A program made the translations under genes and the position numbers. From an uncultured bacterium (lineage in GTDB: Bacteria; Lernaellota; Lernaellaia; Lernaellales; Lernaellaceae), in NCBI GenBank assembly GCA_964534375.1, contig CAZHPN010000002.1, forward strand, positions 2,276 through 66,275: DNA of 64,000 bases, read 5' to 3'. Shown here piece by piece: positions 1-8,247 of this stretch. The notes under the pieces are model-generated. The model was given only the letters and a program-made list of their open reading frames with translations, had not been told where the DNA came from and did no database searches. Within the stretch, counting starts at the first letter, position 1, and every line of letters begins with the position of its first letter.

Positions 1-444
1 TGTCTCACGCGACCGGGCCCTTTCCCCAACGGCCACGGTGTTGTATACGTTAATCGTGAGTGGCCGCGCCGACGGTGCGGGCGGCCGGGACCCGCGCGGG
101 TTGCCGTTCGCGAATGGCGGGCGTTGAGCCGGGTTTTCTTGACTTTATCGACGCGGGCGTTATTCTGAATAATGACCTGCTTCACAAGGAGGATGCCCAT
201 GCGTAAGTACATGTTGCGTCCAGTGGCCCACTGCTCAGAGGGTTGCTGTAGTTAGTCCCGGGCACGACATAAAACTGCCTGACGCTGAAACAAACCGGAT
301 GATCGGTGAAAGCCGCATCCGGTTTTGTCGTTTTGGCGGCGCGACGCGCACTGTCGATTTTGCGGCCCGCGGCGACGGTTGACGCGCCCCGGGCAATCGC
401 CTAACCTGAAAACAACCGGTAATTTCGATGACGGAGAGCGAGCC

Positions 445-1089
445 ATGCGATTGCGGACGTTGCTGATGGCGGCGGTTTGTTTGACGGCGCTGGCGGTTCC
501 GGCGTGGGCGGAGGATGTCGTCGACGAGCACGCGCCGGCGTTCGGCCTGCACGGCGTTTATTCATTCGTGCCGAACTCGTTTCTGAGCCTGGCGTACTCG
601 AAGCACACGTCGATCTCGGCCGTCGGCTACGGCGCCTGGTTGACGTACGGCTTCAAGCAATACGATCTGGCGTTCCAGGTGAATAACTGGAGCGCGCAGA
701 TGGGCAACGGCGAATGGCTCTCCCAGGGGGCGACGATCGACAACGCGCACTGGATCACGACCAAAGGTCTGGGCGCGGCGGATTTCTCGGCGTCGATCCT
801 GTGGAAATGGCGCGTGCATCCCGCGGTCGAGCCCTTTATCGGCCCGACGCTGGGCGTCGCTTTCTTATACGGCAAGGTCAACGAGGACGACGCGAACGCC
901 GATCAGACCTCCCCCAACTTCGGCAAGCCGCTCGGTCAGCCGGAAAAAAAGACGATCCCGCCGGTGGTGCCGAACGTCGGGTTCCTGACCGGTTGCCGCT
1001 TTTACCCGACGCCGAATTTCCGGATTTCGGTCGACCTCGGCATCTACCTCGGCTTCTCAGCCGGGTTGAGCCTCGGGTACGCGTTCTAA
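445..1089 (+). CDS. Outer-membrane beta-barrel protein (porin/OmpA-like fold), hypothetical
   Basis: ATG at 445 begins MRLRTLLMAAVCLTALAVPAWA, a cleavable signal peptide. The body has an alternating amphipathic pattern. The C-terminus ends GYAF, an OMP-type terminal aromatic. The ORF upstream of 445 is Arg-rich GC noise. Confidence 0.55.
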   Translation: MRLRTLLMAAVCLTALAVPAWAEDVVDEHAPAFGLHGVYSFVPNSFLSLAYSKHTSISAVGYGAWLTYGFKQYDLAFQVNNWSAQMGNGEWLSQGATIDNAHWITTKGLGAADFSASILWKWRVHPAVEPFIGPTLGVAFLYGKVNEDDANADQTSPNFGKPLGQPEKKTIPPVVPNVGFLTGCRFYPTPNFRISVDLGIYLGFSAGLSLGYAF

Positions 1090-1252
1090 AAAACCTCCGG
1101 CTAGAATGAAGTCGCGCGGCGAAAGTTTCACCGGCCGTTCATTGCCGCCCGTTCGTCGTCGTCGGCAGCGCTCGCGCTGAGTCGCCGATGAAGCAGCGCG
1201 CGCTACGCCGCTGATTTTTTCCTTTTTCCTTTTTCCTTTACTATCCTCGCCC

Positions 1253-2275
1253 ATGCAACATCCGACGCCGATTCTCCATTCTTTGGGCCTGCTGAAGTGG
1301 GTCTTGGTGGCGCTGCTCACCGTGGTGGTGCTCGGCACGCTGGGCTACATGCTGCTGGAAGATGCGTCGCTCCTTGACGCGCTGTTTATGACCGTCACGA
1401 CGATTACGACGGTCGGGTTTCGCGAAGTGGTCCCGCTGCGTCCGGCCGGCCGCATTTTCACGATGTTGCTGATCTTCGCCGGTTTCGGCGTCCTCATGCT
1501 GGCGTTCGGGGTGCTCACGCAGACGGCGGTGGAAGGCACTTTCCGGCGCCTGGTGGAGAATCGACGCATGCAAAATCAAGTGGACAAACTGAAGAAGCAT
1601 TTCGTGCTGTGCGGTTGCGGCCGCATCGGCCGCCACGTGCTCAACGAGATGCGCGAACTGGGCCAGCCCGTCGTCGTGATCGAGTCGGACGCGGAGGCGG
1701 TCGAGGCGTTGAAGCAGGAAGGCGTGCTTGCCCTGCACGGCAGCGGCGCGGAAGAGGAAATGCTCGTTCGCGCGAACCTGGCCGCCGCCCGCGGGCTGAT
1801 TGTGGCCGTTGGCACAGACGCGGAATCGGTGTTCATCATTCTAACGGCCCGCGATCTCAACCCCGATTTGTTCATCCTGGCGCGGGCCATCGAGGAGAAG
1901 AACGAGGACAAGCTCCGGCGCGCGGGGGCCAACCGGGTGATCGCGCCCTATCGGTTCATCGGCAAACGCATGACCAGCTTCATCCTGCATCCGACGGTCG
2001 TCGACATGCTCGATTCGGTGATGTTCGCCGGCGAACTCGACCTCGGCATGGAGGGCATGCTGGTGCACGCCGCCAGCCCGCTTGCGGGTCGGACGCTGCG
2101 CGACAGCAATATCCGCGAAAAGCACGGCCTGATGATCATCGGCGTGCGCAAAGCGCAGGGGAACATTTTGTTCAATCCGGCGGCCGATGAAGTCATTGAG
2201 CCCGGCGACACGCTCGTTTCGATCGGCGAGAAGGACGCGCTGGGAAAATTGGCCAAGTTGCTCGGGGGAGAGTAG
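1253..2275 (+). CDS. Potassium-channel-like protein with RCK/TrkA-N and TrkA-C gating domains; non-canonical selectivity filter TVGFRE
   Basis: Two TM helices and a pore helix followed by TTVGFREVVP, where MthK has TTVGYGDVVP. Rossmann motif CGCGRIGRHV (GxGxxG) of the RCK/TrkA-N domain, then a TrkA-C-like tail. ATG at 1253 sits behind a T-rich tract. Confidence 0.8.
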   Translation: MQHPTPILHSLGLLKWVLVALLTVVVLGTLGYMLLEDASLLDALFMTVTTITTVGFREVVPLRPAGRIFTMLLIFAGFGVLMLAFGVLTQTAVEGTFRRLVENRRMQNQVDKLKKHFVLCGCGRIGRHVLNEMRELGQPVVVIESDAEAVEALKQEGVLALHGSGAEEEMLVRANLAAARGLIVAVGTDAESVFIILTARDLNPDLFILARAIEEKNEDKLRRAGANRVIAPYRFIGKRMTSFILHPTVVDMLDSVMFAGELDLGMEGMLVHAASPLAGRTLRDSNIREKHGLMIIGVRKAQGNILFNPAADEVIEPGDTLVSIGEKDALGKLAKLLGGE

Positions 2276-2282
2276 CCAGTGG

Positions 2283-2446
2283 CCGTTAGCCGGTAGCCAG
2301 TAGCCGGTAGTCAGTAGTCAGTAGCTGTGGGCCAACCTGCTCGCGCCAATGGAGCTTCTCAAGTTAAGGTTTCGTACAACGCCCGGGAAAGGCGGCCCCG
2401 TGGCTAGTGACTACTGACTACTGACTACTGACTACTAACTACTGTC
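2283..2446. repeat. Intergenic inverted tandem-hexamer repeat element (CAGTAG/CCGGTAG units mirrored by CTACTG units) forming a long imperfect hairpin
   Basis: 2283-2330 reads tagccggtagccagtagccggtagtcagtagtcagtagc. 2404-2446 reads gctagtgactactgactactgactactgactactaactactg, the reverse complement of the same unit. A ~75-nt spacer separates the arms. The element lies between the convergent ends of the channel gene and the nagB-like gene. Confidence 0.6.
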
Positions 2447-2460
2447 GACCAACCACCCGC

Positions 2461-3495
2461 TCACCCGCACCGATAGCAGCCGCTTTCCAAATCCCGATAA
2501 AAACGAATGTCTTCGACCCGGCGCTTGGCCCGGCCGCGCCGGCGATCGACGATCTCGACGCCGCGCGCCGCTAGGTCGCGCCGCCGTTCCAGCAGCGGTT
2601 CGCCGACCACCGCGTCCACCACGTAGACGAGGCAGCCGCCGCGCGCGGCGTAGGTCTGGCCGTAGGAGATGGGCGTGCGCGTCGACGGCTGTTCCATCAG
2701 CGACGCCAGCACCGGCTCGCGTTTGCGGGCGCCGGACGCGAGCAGCAACACGGTGCGCGCCGCGAACACCAGCGACGCGCCCATGCTCACGGCGAACCGC
2801 GGCGAGTCGTTCATCGTCGCGAAATGCCCGTCGGCGACGGCATTGCGGACCGTGTTTTCGTCGAGGCGGACCAGCAGCATTTTGCCGGCCGAGAACGGAA
2901 TTCCGGCTTCGTGAAAGGCGACGTGCCCGCGCCCGCCGACGCCGATGACTTGCAGGTCGATGCCTCCGGCCTTGGCGATCCGCCGCGAATAACCGTCGAG
3001 AATCGCGTGCTTGATCCATGACAAATAGGCCGATTGCGCGGCGGGACGAATCGCGATCGCCCGGCCCGAATCGCGGCCGATCTCACGCCAATCGCCGGGC
3101 CACAACCGTAGATTCCGCTCCAGGTCGATTTGCTCGATCAGTGCGCCGCAGGGCAGGTTGGTTTCGGCGAACGGCCGGCGCAGCAGCCCGAAGAGTTCGG
3201 TAATCATGAAATAGCTGTAACTGGCCGGGTGAATCGTGCGCTGCTGCGGGTTGTCGCCGGGCAGGCCGACGTACTCGTCGAGGTTGAAGGTGCGCACGCG
3301 GGCGGCGTCGAAGCCGTCGCGGTTGGCCGCCGCCGCCAGATGTTTGTAGAGGCCGACGGGGGTGCTGCCGGTGGCGAGGCCCAGCACATATTGGTTCTTG
3401 GCCTGCAGCCGCGCGTGAAAATCGGCGAGCACGAGGGCGCCCGCAATCTCGCTCAGGTGGTCGTAGTCGCGGGCGATAACAATCTGGATGGGCAT
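2461..3495 (-). CDS. nagB: Glucosamine-6-phosphate deaminase/isomerase family protein (NagB-like) with ~80-aa C-terminal extension
   Basis: ATG (cat at 3493-3495). Motifs LGLATGSTP and FNLDEYVGLP are typical of the NagB/6-phosphogluconolactonase superfamily. At 344 aa it is longer than the canonical ~265. Confidence 0.7.
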   Translation of the reverse strand: MPIQIVIARDYDHLSEIAGALVLADFHARLQAKNQYVLGLATGSTPVGLYKHLAAAANRDGFDAARVRTFNLDEYVGLPGDNPQQRTIHPASYSYFMITELFGLLRRPFAETNLPCGALIEQIDLERNLRLWPGDWREIGRDSGRAIAIRPAAQSAYLSWIKHAILDGYSRRIAKAGGIDLQVIGVGGRGHVAFHEAGIPFSAGKMLLVRLDENTVRNAVADGHFATMNDSPRFAVSMGASLVFAARTVLLLASGARKREPVLASLMEQPSTRTPISYGQTYAARGGCLVYVVDAVVGEPLLERRRDLAARGVEIVDRRRGRAKRRVEDIRFYRDLESGCYRCG

Positions 3496-3541
3496 GCGGT
3501 TCTCCCGCCGGCGAACGGCGCCCCGAGGCTGGCGCGCCGGT

Positions 3542-4900
3542 TCAGGCGAGGGCGAGTTTTAGTGCATCGGCAATTTGCTGGCAATAGGCCTGCGTCTGCT
3601 CGAGCGTCGGGCCCTCGACCATGACGCGGCACATGTTCTGCGTGCCCGAATATCGGACCAACACGCGGCCCGAATCGCCGAGCGCGGCTTCCACGTCTTT
3701 GATGACCGCGGTGACGGCTGGCAGCTCTTCGAGCGGCTTTTTTCGCCCGACGTCCACGTTGATCAGCGCCTGCGGGAAGACGTCCATCACCTTCGCCAGG
3801 TCGGACAGCGGCCGGCCCGTGCGCTGCATCACCGCGATCAACTGGACGGCCGAGAGCACGCCGTCGCCCGTGCCGTGGTGGTCGAGAAAAATCATGTGGC
3901 CGGATTCTTCGCCGCCGAGATTCGCGCCGAGCTTTTCCATGTCTTCCAGCACATAACGGTCGCCGACCTTCGAGCGGTGGTTTTTGATGCCGATCCGTTG
4001 GCAGGCGATCTTCAGGCCGAAGTTGCTCATCACCGTCGTGACGAGGAGATTGTTTTTCAACGCGCCGTGCGAGAGCAGGTTGAGCGCGCAGATCATCAAG
4101 ATCTGGTCGCCCGTGATCCGCCGGCCGAATTCGTCGACCGCGATCAGCCGGTCGCCGTCGCCGTCGAACGCGAGGCCGAGATCGGCGCCGCCGTGCCGCA
4201 CGATTTCTTCCAATTGCTTGGTGTGCTGGCTGCCGCAATCGTGATTGATGTTCAGGCCGTTGGGCTGGTTGCCGATGACCGTCACGTCGGCCCCGAGTTC
4301 GGTCAGCGTTTCGACCGCCGTTTTGTAGGTGGCGCCGTGGGCCGTGTCGATCGCGATCTTCATGCCTTCCATCGTCAGGTCGCGCGGAAAGGAGTTCTTC
4401 AAGAACTGAATGTACCGCCCCCGCGCGTCCTCGATGCGATAGGCGCGGCCCATATTCATCGCCTGCGGCGTCTGGTCGGGCAGCTTCGGGTCGAGGATCA
4501 GGCGTTCGAGCTCGGCTTCCTGTTCGTCGGTCAACTTGCGGCCGTTGCCGCCGAAGATTTTGATGCCGTTGTCTTCGTACGGATTGTGCGAGGCGGAGAT
4601 GACGATGCCGGCGTCGGCGCGCATGCTCTCGGTGATGAAGGCGATGCCCGGCGTCGGCAGCACGCCCACCAGATACGGGTTCCCGCCCATCGAGGTGATG
4701 CCGGCTTCGAGCGAACTCTCGAACATGTAGCCCGAAATGCGCGTGTCCTTGCCGATGATGACCCGCAGCTTGTGGTGATCGCCCACTTCCTGGCGCAAAA
4801 GGTGCGTCACGGCCTGCCCGACCGCGAACGCAATTTGCGCCGTCATCGGATGGCGATTGGCCTCGCCGCGAATGCCGTCGGTGCCGAACAACTTGCCCAT
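3542..4900 (-). CDS. glmM: Phosphoglucosamine mutase
   Basis: Starts MGKLFGTDGIRG, the canonical GlmM N-terminus. Phosphoserine loop SASHNP. The 18 aa of ORF upstream of this Met lack a start context. The antisense ORFs across this region are Arg-rich GC artefacts. Confidence 0.9.
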   Translation of the reverse strand: MGKLFGTDGIRGEANRHPMTAQIAFAVGQAVTHLLRQEVGDHHKLRVIIGKDTRISGYMFESSLEAGITSMGGNPYLVGVLPTPGIAFITESMRADAGIVISASHNPYEDNGIKIFGGNGRKLTDEQEAELERLILDPKLPDQTPQAMNMGRAYRIEDARGRYIQFLKNSFPRDLTMEGMKIAIDTAHGATYKTAVETLTELGADVTVIGNQPNGLNINHDCGSQHTKQLEEIVRHGGADLGLAFDGDGDRLIAVDEFGRRITGDQILMICALNLLSHGALKNNLLVTTVMSNFGLKIACQRIGIKNHRSKVGDRYVLEDMEKLGANLGGEESGHMIFLDHHGTGDGVLSAVQLIAVMQRTGRPLSDLAKVMDVFPQALINVDVGRKKPLEELPAVTAVIKDVEAALGDSGRVLVRYSGTQNMCRVMVEGPTLEQTQAYCQQIADALKLALA

Positions 4901-4991
4901 CACGCGCCCCCTTGTTTTGCCGGAATTTATAACCCCTGCCGCCGGGAACTGCAACCAACCGCGTCAGTCCAGGCGTGACGCGAACGTCTCG

Positions 4992-6107
4992 TCAGCCGAT
5001 TTCCTGGGCCTTCAGCGCCAGTCGTTCCCGGGCGAGGCGGAGGGCGTCGTGCAGTTTCTTTTCGAGCAGTTCGCGCGGCGGCAGTTCGGTCAGGTATTCG
5101 GCGATGCGCACGCCGCTCGTGGCGAGTTGCAGTAGTTCGACGTGCTCGCTCGATTTTCCGGCGCACAGGATCAGGCCGATGGGCGTTTCCTCGCCCGCTT
5201 GCATTTCGTATTTTTCCAGCCATCGCAGATACAGCTCCATTTGCCCTTTGTGAGCCGCCTGGAACCGGTCGAGCTTCAGATCGATGACCACCAGGCGCTT
5301 GAGCTTTCGGTGGTAGAAGAGCAGGTCGATGTAGTAATCCATGGTGTCCACCGTGATCCGCTTTTGCCGCGCCACGAACGAAAAACCGACGCCCAGTTCC
5401 AGGATGAACGATTCCAGTTCGCGCAGAATGGCGGATTCCAGATCCTTCTCGCTGTACGGCTCCTTGAGGCCGAGGAAATCGAGAAAATAGGGGTCGCGAA
5501 AAACCAGGTCGGGCGACATGCGGTCGGATTCGCGCAGCGCGTCGAGTTCCTCGCGGATCAGGTCTTCCGGCTTCGTGGCGACCGCCGTTCGCTCAAAGAG
5601 CATCTTGTTGATCTTGTCGCGCAAAGTGCGGACGCTCCAGCGTTCGATGCGGCACAATTCGGCGTAAAAATCGCGGCGGAGTTGATCGTCGAGAGGTAGG
5701 ATTTCGAGGAAATGGGACCAGGACAAATGTGCAGACAGTGTCCGCACTATTTCTCGGTCGGGAAAGACCTCGGCAAGACGGACCATTCGGAATAGACTTG
5801 GCCGGCTGAATCCTCTTCCGTACTCGGCGGACAATTGTCTCGACAGTGTTGAGACAATTTGTTCGCCGTATGCCGCTCGGCCTTCGCCGATCAACTCGCG
5901 CTTGATCCGCTCGCCGATATGCCAGTAAAGCAGCGTGGTTTCCGAGTTGACCGCCGCGGCGACGCGTTGTCGGGCAGATTCGATCAGCCCGCGCAAGTCG
6001 GCGAGCAACGCCGTCGGTCCCGAAACGCGGGCCGGCGGGAGGCCGTGCGCCGCCGGGCTCGCCTTTGCTTTCTTCGCCGGTTTCGTCAATTTCGCGATGC
6101 TTTTCAT
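4992..6107 (-). CDS. DUF1016/YhcG-like PD-(D/E)xK nuclease-fold protein
   Basis: ATG (cat at 6105-6107) begins MKSIAKLTKPAKK. The C-terminal half has an ...D...ELK-like restriction-endonuclease-fold core (VVIDLKLD...) that resembles E. coli YhcG. The 330-aa Arg/Gly-rich N-terminal part of the 701-aa ORF is judged non-coding GC noise. Confidence 0.7.
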   Translation of the reverse strand: MKSIAKLTKPAKKAKASPAAHGLPPARVSGPTALLADLRGLIESARQRVAAAVNSETTLLYWHIGERIKRELIGEGRAAYGEQIVSTLSRQLSAEYGRGFSRPSLFRMVRLAEVFPDREIVRTLSAHLSWSHFLEILPLDDQLRRDFYAELCRIERWSVRTLRDKINKMLFERTAVATKPEDLIREELDALRESDRMSPDLVFRDPYFLDFLGLKEPYSEKDLESAILRELESFILELGVGFSFVARQKRITVDTMDYYIDLLFYHRKLKRLVVIDLKLDRFQAAHKGQMELYLRWLEKYEMQAGEETPIGLILCAGKSSEHVELLQLATSGVRIAEYLTELPPRELLEKKLHDALRLARERLALKAQEIG

Positions 6108-6181
6108 CTCCGACAATTTCCCTCCAAACTTGATTGCCCCGCGCCCCTGAATGTTTTGCGCGGGCGGAGCCAGCCCGGTCG

Positions 6182-7420
6182 CTACGTTTCCGCTCGGAAC
6201 AGCGGCAGCACGCGCCAGACGTCTTCCTGCACGCGGGCGACGAGCGCTTGCAGCCAAGCCGTGCCGTGCTGCGCCGCCGCCGGCGGCAGCGATTGAATCG
6301 TTTTCACGTAGCCGTCGTGTTTGCCGGCGGCGAGGGCGGCGAGGAACGCCTCGCGCGCGTCGCGGCCCGCGTCGTCGCCGGGGCCGCGCTGCAAGGCGTC
6401 CGCGACGGCGCCGATGTTTTGCTGCAGCGCGCGCTTGCGTTGCGCGTCGATGTCGTCCGCGGTCGCGTCGATGCCCGCCGTGACCTTCGCCGCCATGTCG
6501 CGCAGGCGCTTGAGCCGTTCTTTCTTGCCGGATTCGAGGCAGGCGAGAGCGCCTTCGTAGAGCGCCGCGCCGAGCGGTTGCGCCTCGAAGAACGGCCGCC
6601 GCACCTGCTTGTACCAGGCGTCGAGCGCCAGCAGATTCGCGAAATACAGCAGGTTGTTGTTCACGATCCGCTGCAACTGCGGATAGCGCCGCGCCTGATA
6701 CGCGCGATTGATCGAATACGGCGCGGCGTCGACCACCAGACGCGCATCTTCCGCCACGTCGCGCCGCAGCACGGAGCCCGCGCCCACAACGTTGCCGTAG
6801 CCGAGTTGAATCGGCCCGACGATGCCGCCCTGGCCGCCGAGGAAGATCGGCCGCTGGTTCAGCATCACGCCGCGCGGCACATCGCCCAGCAGGCTGGCGG
6901 TCGTCTTGTCGCCCTCGGGCGTGAAGTTGAAATGGATGTAGCCGGAGCCGACCTCGCTGTGTTCTTTGCGGCTGACCCCGCCGGCCATCAGGCAATCGCA
7001 GAAGTTGATCAGGCTGCCGAGCGTGACGAACGGAAAAAGGATCGTCTGCTTCAGGCCGACCGCGTGCGCGCCGTTGGCCTCTTCCTCGACGATGCACCCC
7101 TCACGGACCTGCGCCGCCAGACCCAGGCTCGCCTTTTCGAGAAACACCGACTGCCGAAAGTAGCCGCCCTTGAGTTGCACGCCCGGCCCGAGCTGGCAGT
7201 CTTCGACGATCGCCGGCCCCTCGCGCCCGAGTTCGACGTTGGCGCAGACCGCGGTCTTCGCGCCGTGCAGGCGGCAGCCCGGGTAGATGACGACGCCGTC
7301 GCCCGCGATGCGGTCGAGGTTCACGTCGTCGCCGACCACGACTGTCAGCGGGTTGATGAACTTCACGCCTTTGTCGAGCAGACCTTTGATCTTGTCGCTG
7401 ACCGTGACGACGATTTCCAC
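6182..7420 (-). CDS. Left-handed beta-helix (hexapeptide-repeat) protein, acyl/nucleotidyl-transferase-like, function unknown
   Basis: Repeated [LIV]-G-x-x-x-x hexapeptide turns (VGAGSVLRRDV, IVGPIQLGYGNVVG). The preferred start is the GTG at 7420, which sits behind GGAGGG. The ORF-track start at 7450 is TTG with no SD. Confidence 0.5.
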   Translation of the reverse strand: MEIVVTVSDKIKGLLDKGVKFINPLTVVVGDDVNLDRIAGDGVVIYPGCRLHGAKTAVCANVELGREGPAIVEDCQLGPGVQLKGGYFRQSVFLEKASLGLAAQVREGCIVEEEANGAHAVGLKQTILFPFVTLGSLINFCDCLMAGGVSRKEHSEVGSGYIHFNFTPEGDKTTASLLGDVPRGVMLNQRPIFLGGQGGIVGPIQLGYGNVVGAGSVLRRDVAEDARLVVDAAPYSINRAYQARRYPQLQRIVNNNLLYFANLLALDAWYKQVRRPFFEAQPLGAALYEGALACLESGKKERLKRLRDMAAKVTAGIDATADDIDAQRKRALQQNIGAVADALQRGPGDDAGRDAREAFLAALAAGKHDGYVKTIQSLPPAAAQHGTAWLQALVARVQEDVWRVLPLFRAET

Positions 7421-7573
7421 CGCGCCCTCCGACTTGTTTGATTTGGCCAAGGCATACCAGGAAGCGGCTCGAAAATCCAGCGTCGGCCGGCTCCAGCGGC
7501 CAAATCGGCTTCGTTTCGTAAAATCAGGCCAAAGCGCTAGCGAAATGACATGGCAAACTGGCCCAAAGTGACG

Positions 7574-8074
7574 TTAACTGGCCTTTCCCGATACGGGCGG
7601 AAACGCCGCCCGCGCCTGCCGCACGAAAAGCGCGCGCAGCTTGTCCCAGAAGTCGCCGCCGAGGACGAAAAGGCTTGTCAGGAACATGGCGTCGGCGGCG
7701 AGGTTCACCCACAGCCGCGCGGGCGTCGCGTCGGGCAGCCATTGGGGCGCGTAGGCCATGACGTAACCGGGCGCCACGGGCAGCAGGAAAAGAATCAGCC
7801 CCGTCCAATGGCGAACCGGGCCGATGTCGCCCGCGGGCTTGAGGCTGCCGACCCAGCCCTTGGCGCGCTTCACGATGCGCTCGAAATTCTCTTTGCCCAT
7901 GACGGCCGCGGCCGGAATCGCCATGATCTCGAACCCAAAAAAGAGGACGCCGCCGACGGCCGTCTTCACCGCGGCCGGCCAGCTCGAATGGGCGACCGGA
8001 AAGACGCACAGCGGCAAAATCGCGCCGACGACGAGCATGGCGACGCCGACGGCGAATCTGGCATTGGCGCTCAT
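7574..8074 (-). CDS. Small integral membrane protein, hypothetical
   Basis: ATG (cat at 8072-8074). It is 166 aa with about four hydrophobic helices. It runs divergently from pfp. Confidence 0.45.
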   Translation of the reverse strand: MSANARFAVGVAMLVVGAILPLCVFPVAHSSWPAAVKTAVGGVLFFGFEIMAIPAAAVMGKENFERIVKRAKGWVGSLKPAGDIGPVRHWTGLILFLLPVAPGYVMAYAPQWLPDATPARLWVNLAADAMFLTSLFVLGGDFWDKLRALFVRQARAAFPPVSGKAS

Positions 8075-8247
8075 GAGGCGTTCCGTTCGCCACGATGCTT
8101 CGTCATGATCGTCCTCGCCTCTGAAAAAGTTCTATTTTCGCCGGCACGTTACCAACGTTTGGAGCCTTTTCCTATCCGGTCCGCGCCACGTTGAAACAAG
8201 GGCGCGTTGCCGCCATAATCGCGCGGCTTAGCACAAGGGAGCCCGGC

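Noticed and set aside
2283-2446. Possible CRISPR array (regular short repeats)
   Set aside because: The repeats are 6-9 nt and directly abutting with no unique spacers. They are mirrored as reverse complements, which means a hairpin and not an array. The same applies to the 49362-49465 and 55817-55907 elements. No cas genes are present.
3453-4978. Long ORFs antisense to or overlapping glmM (501 aa on minus, 467 aa on plus), extremely Arg/Gly/Pro-rich
   Set aside because: They have the composition typical of wrong-frame or antisense reading of ~70% GC coding DNA. No motifs. The in-frame glmM has canonical MGKLFGTDGIRG/SASHNP motifs.
4992-7097. Full 701-aa ORF as a fused Arg-rich domain + YhcG nuclease
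   Set aside because: The N-terminal 330 aa are Arg/Gly/Ala low-complexity with no function-like pattern. An internal ATG (cat at 6105-6107) begins a complete DUF1016 domain.
7524-8194. ORFs 7524-8093 (minus) and 7550-8194 (plus) overlapping the small membrane protein gene
   Set aside because: Arg-rich alternative frames. Only the 7574-8074 frame gives a coherent hydrophobic-helix protein with an ATG start.
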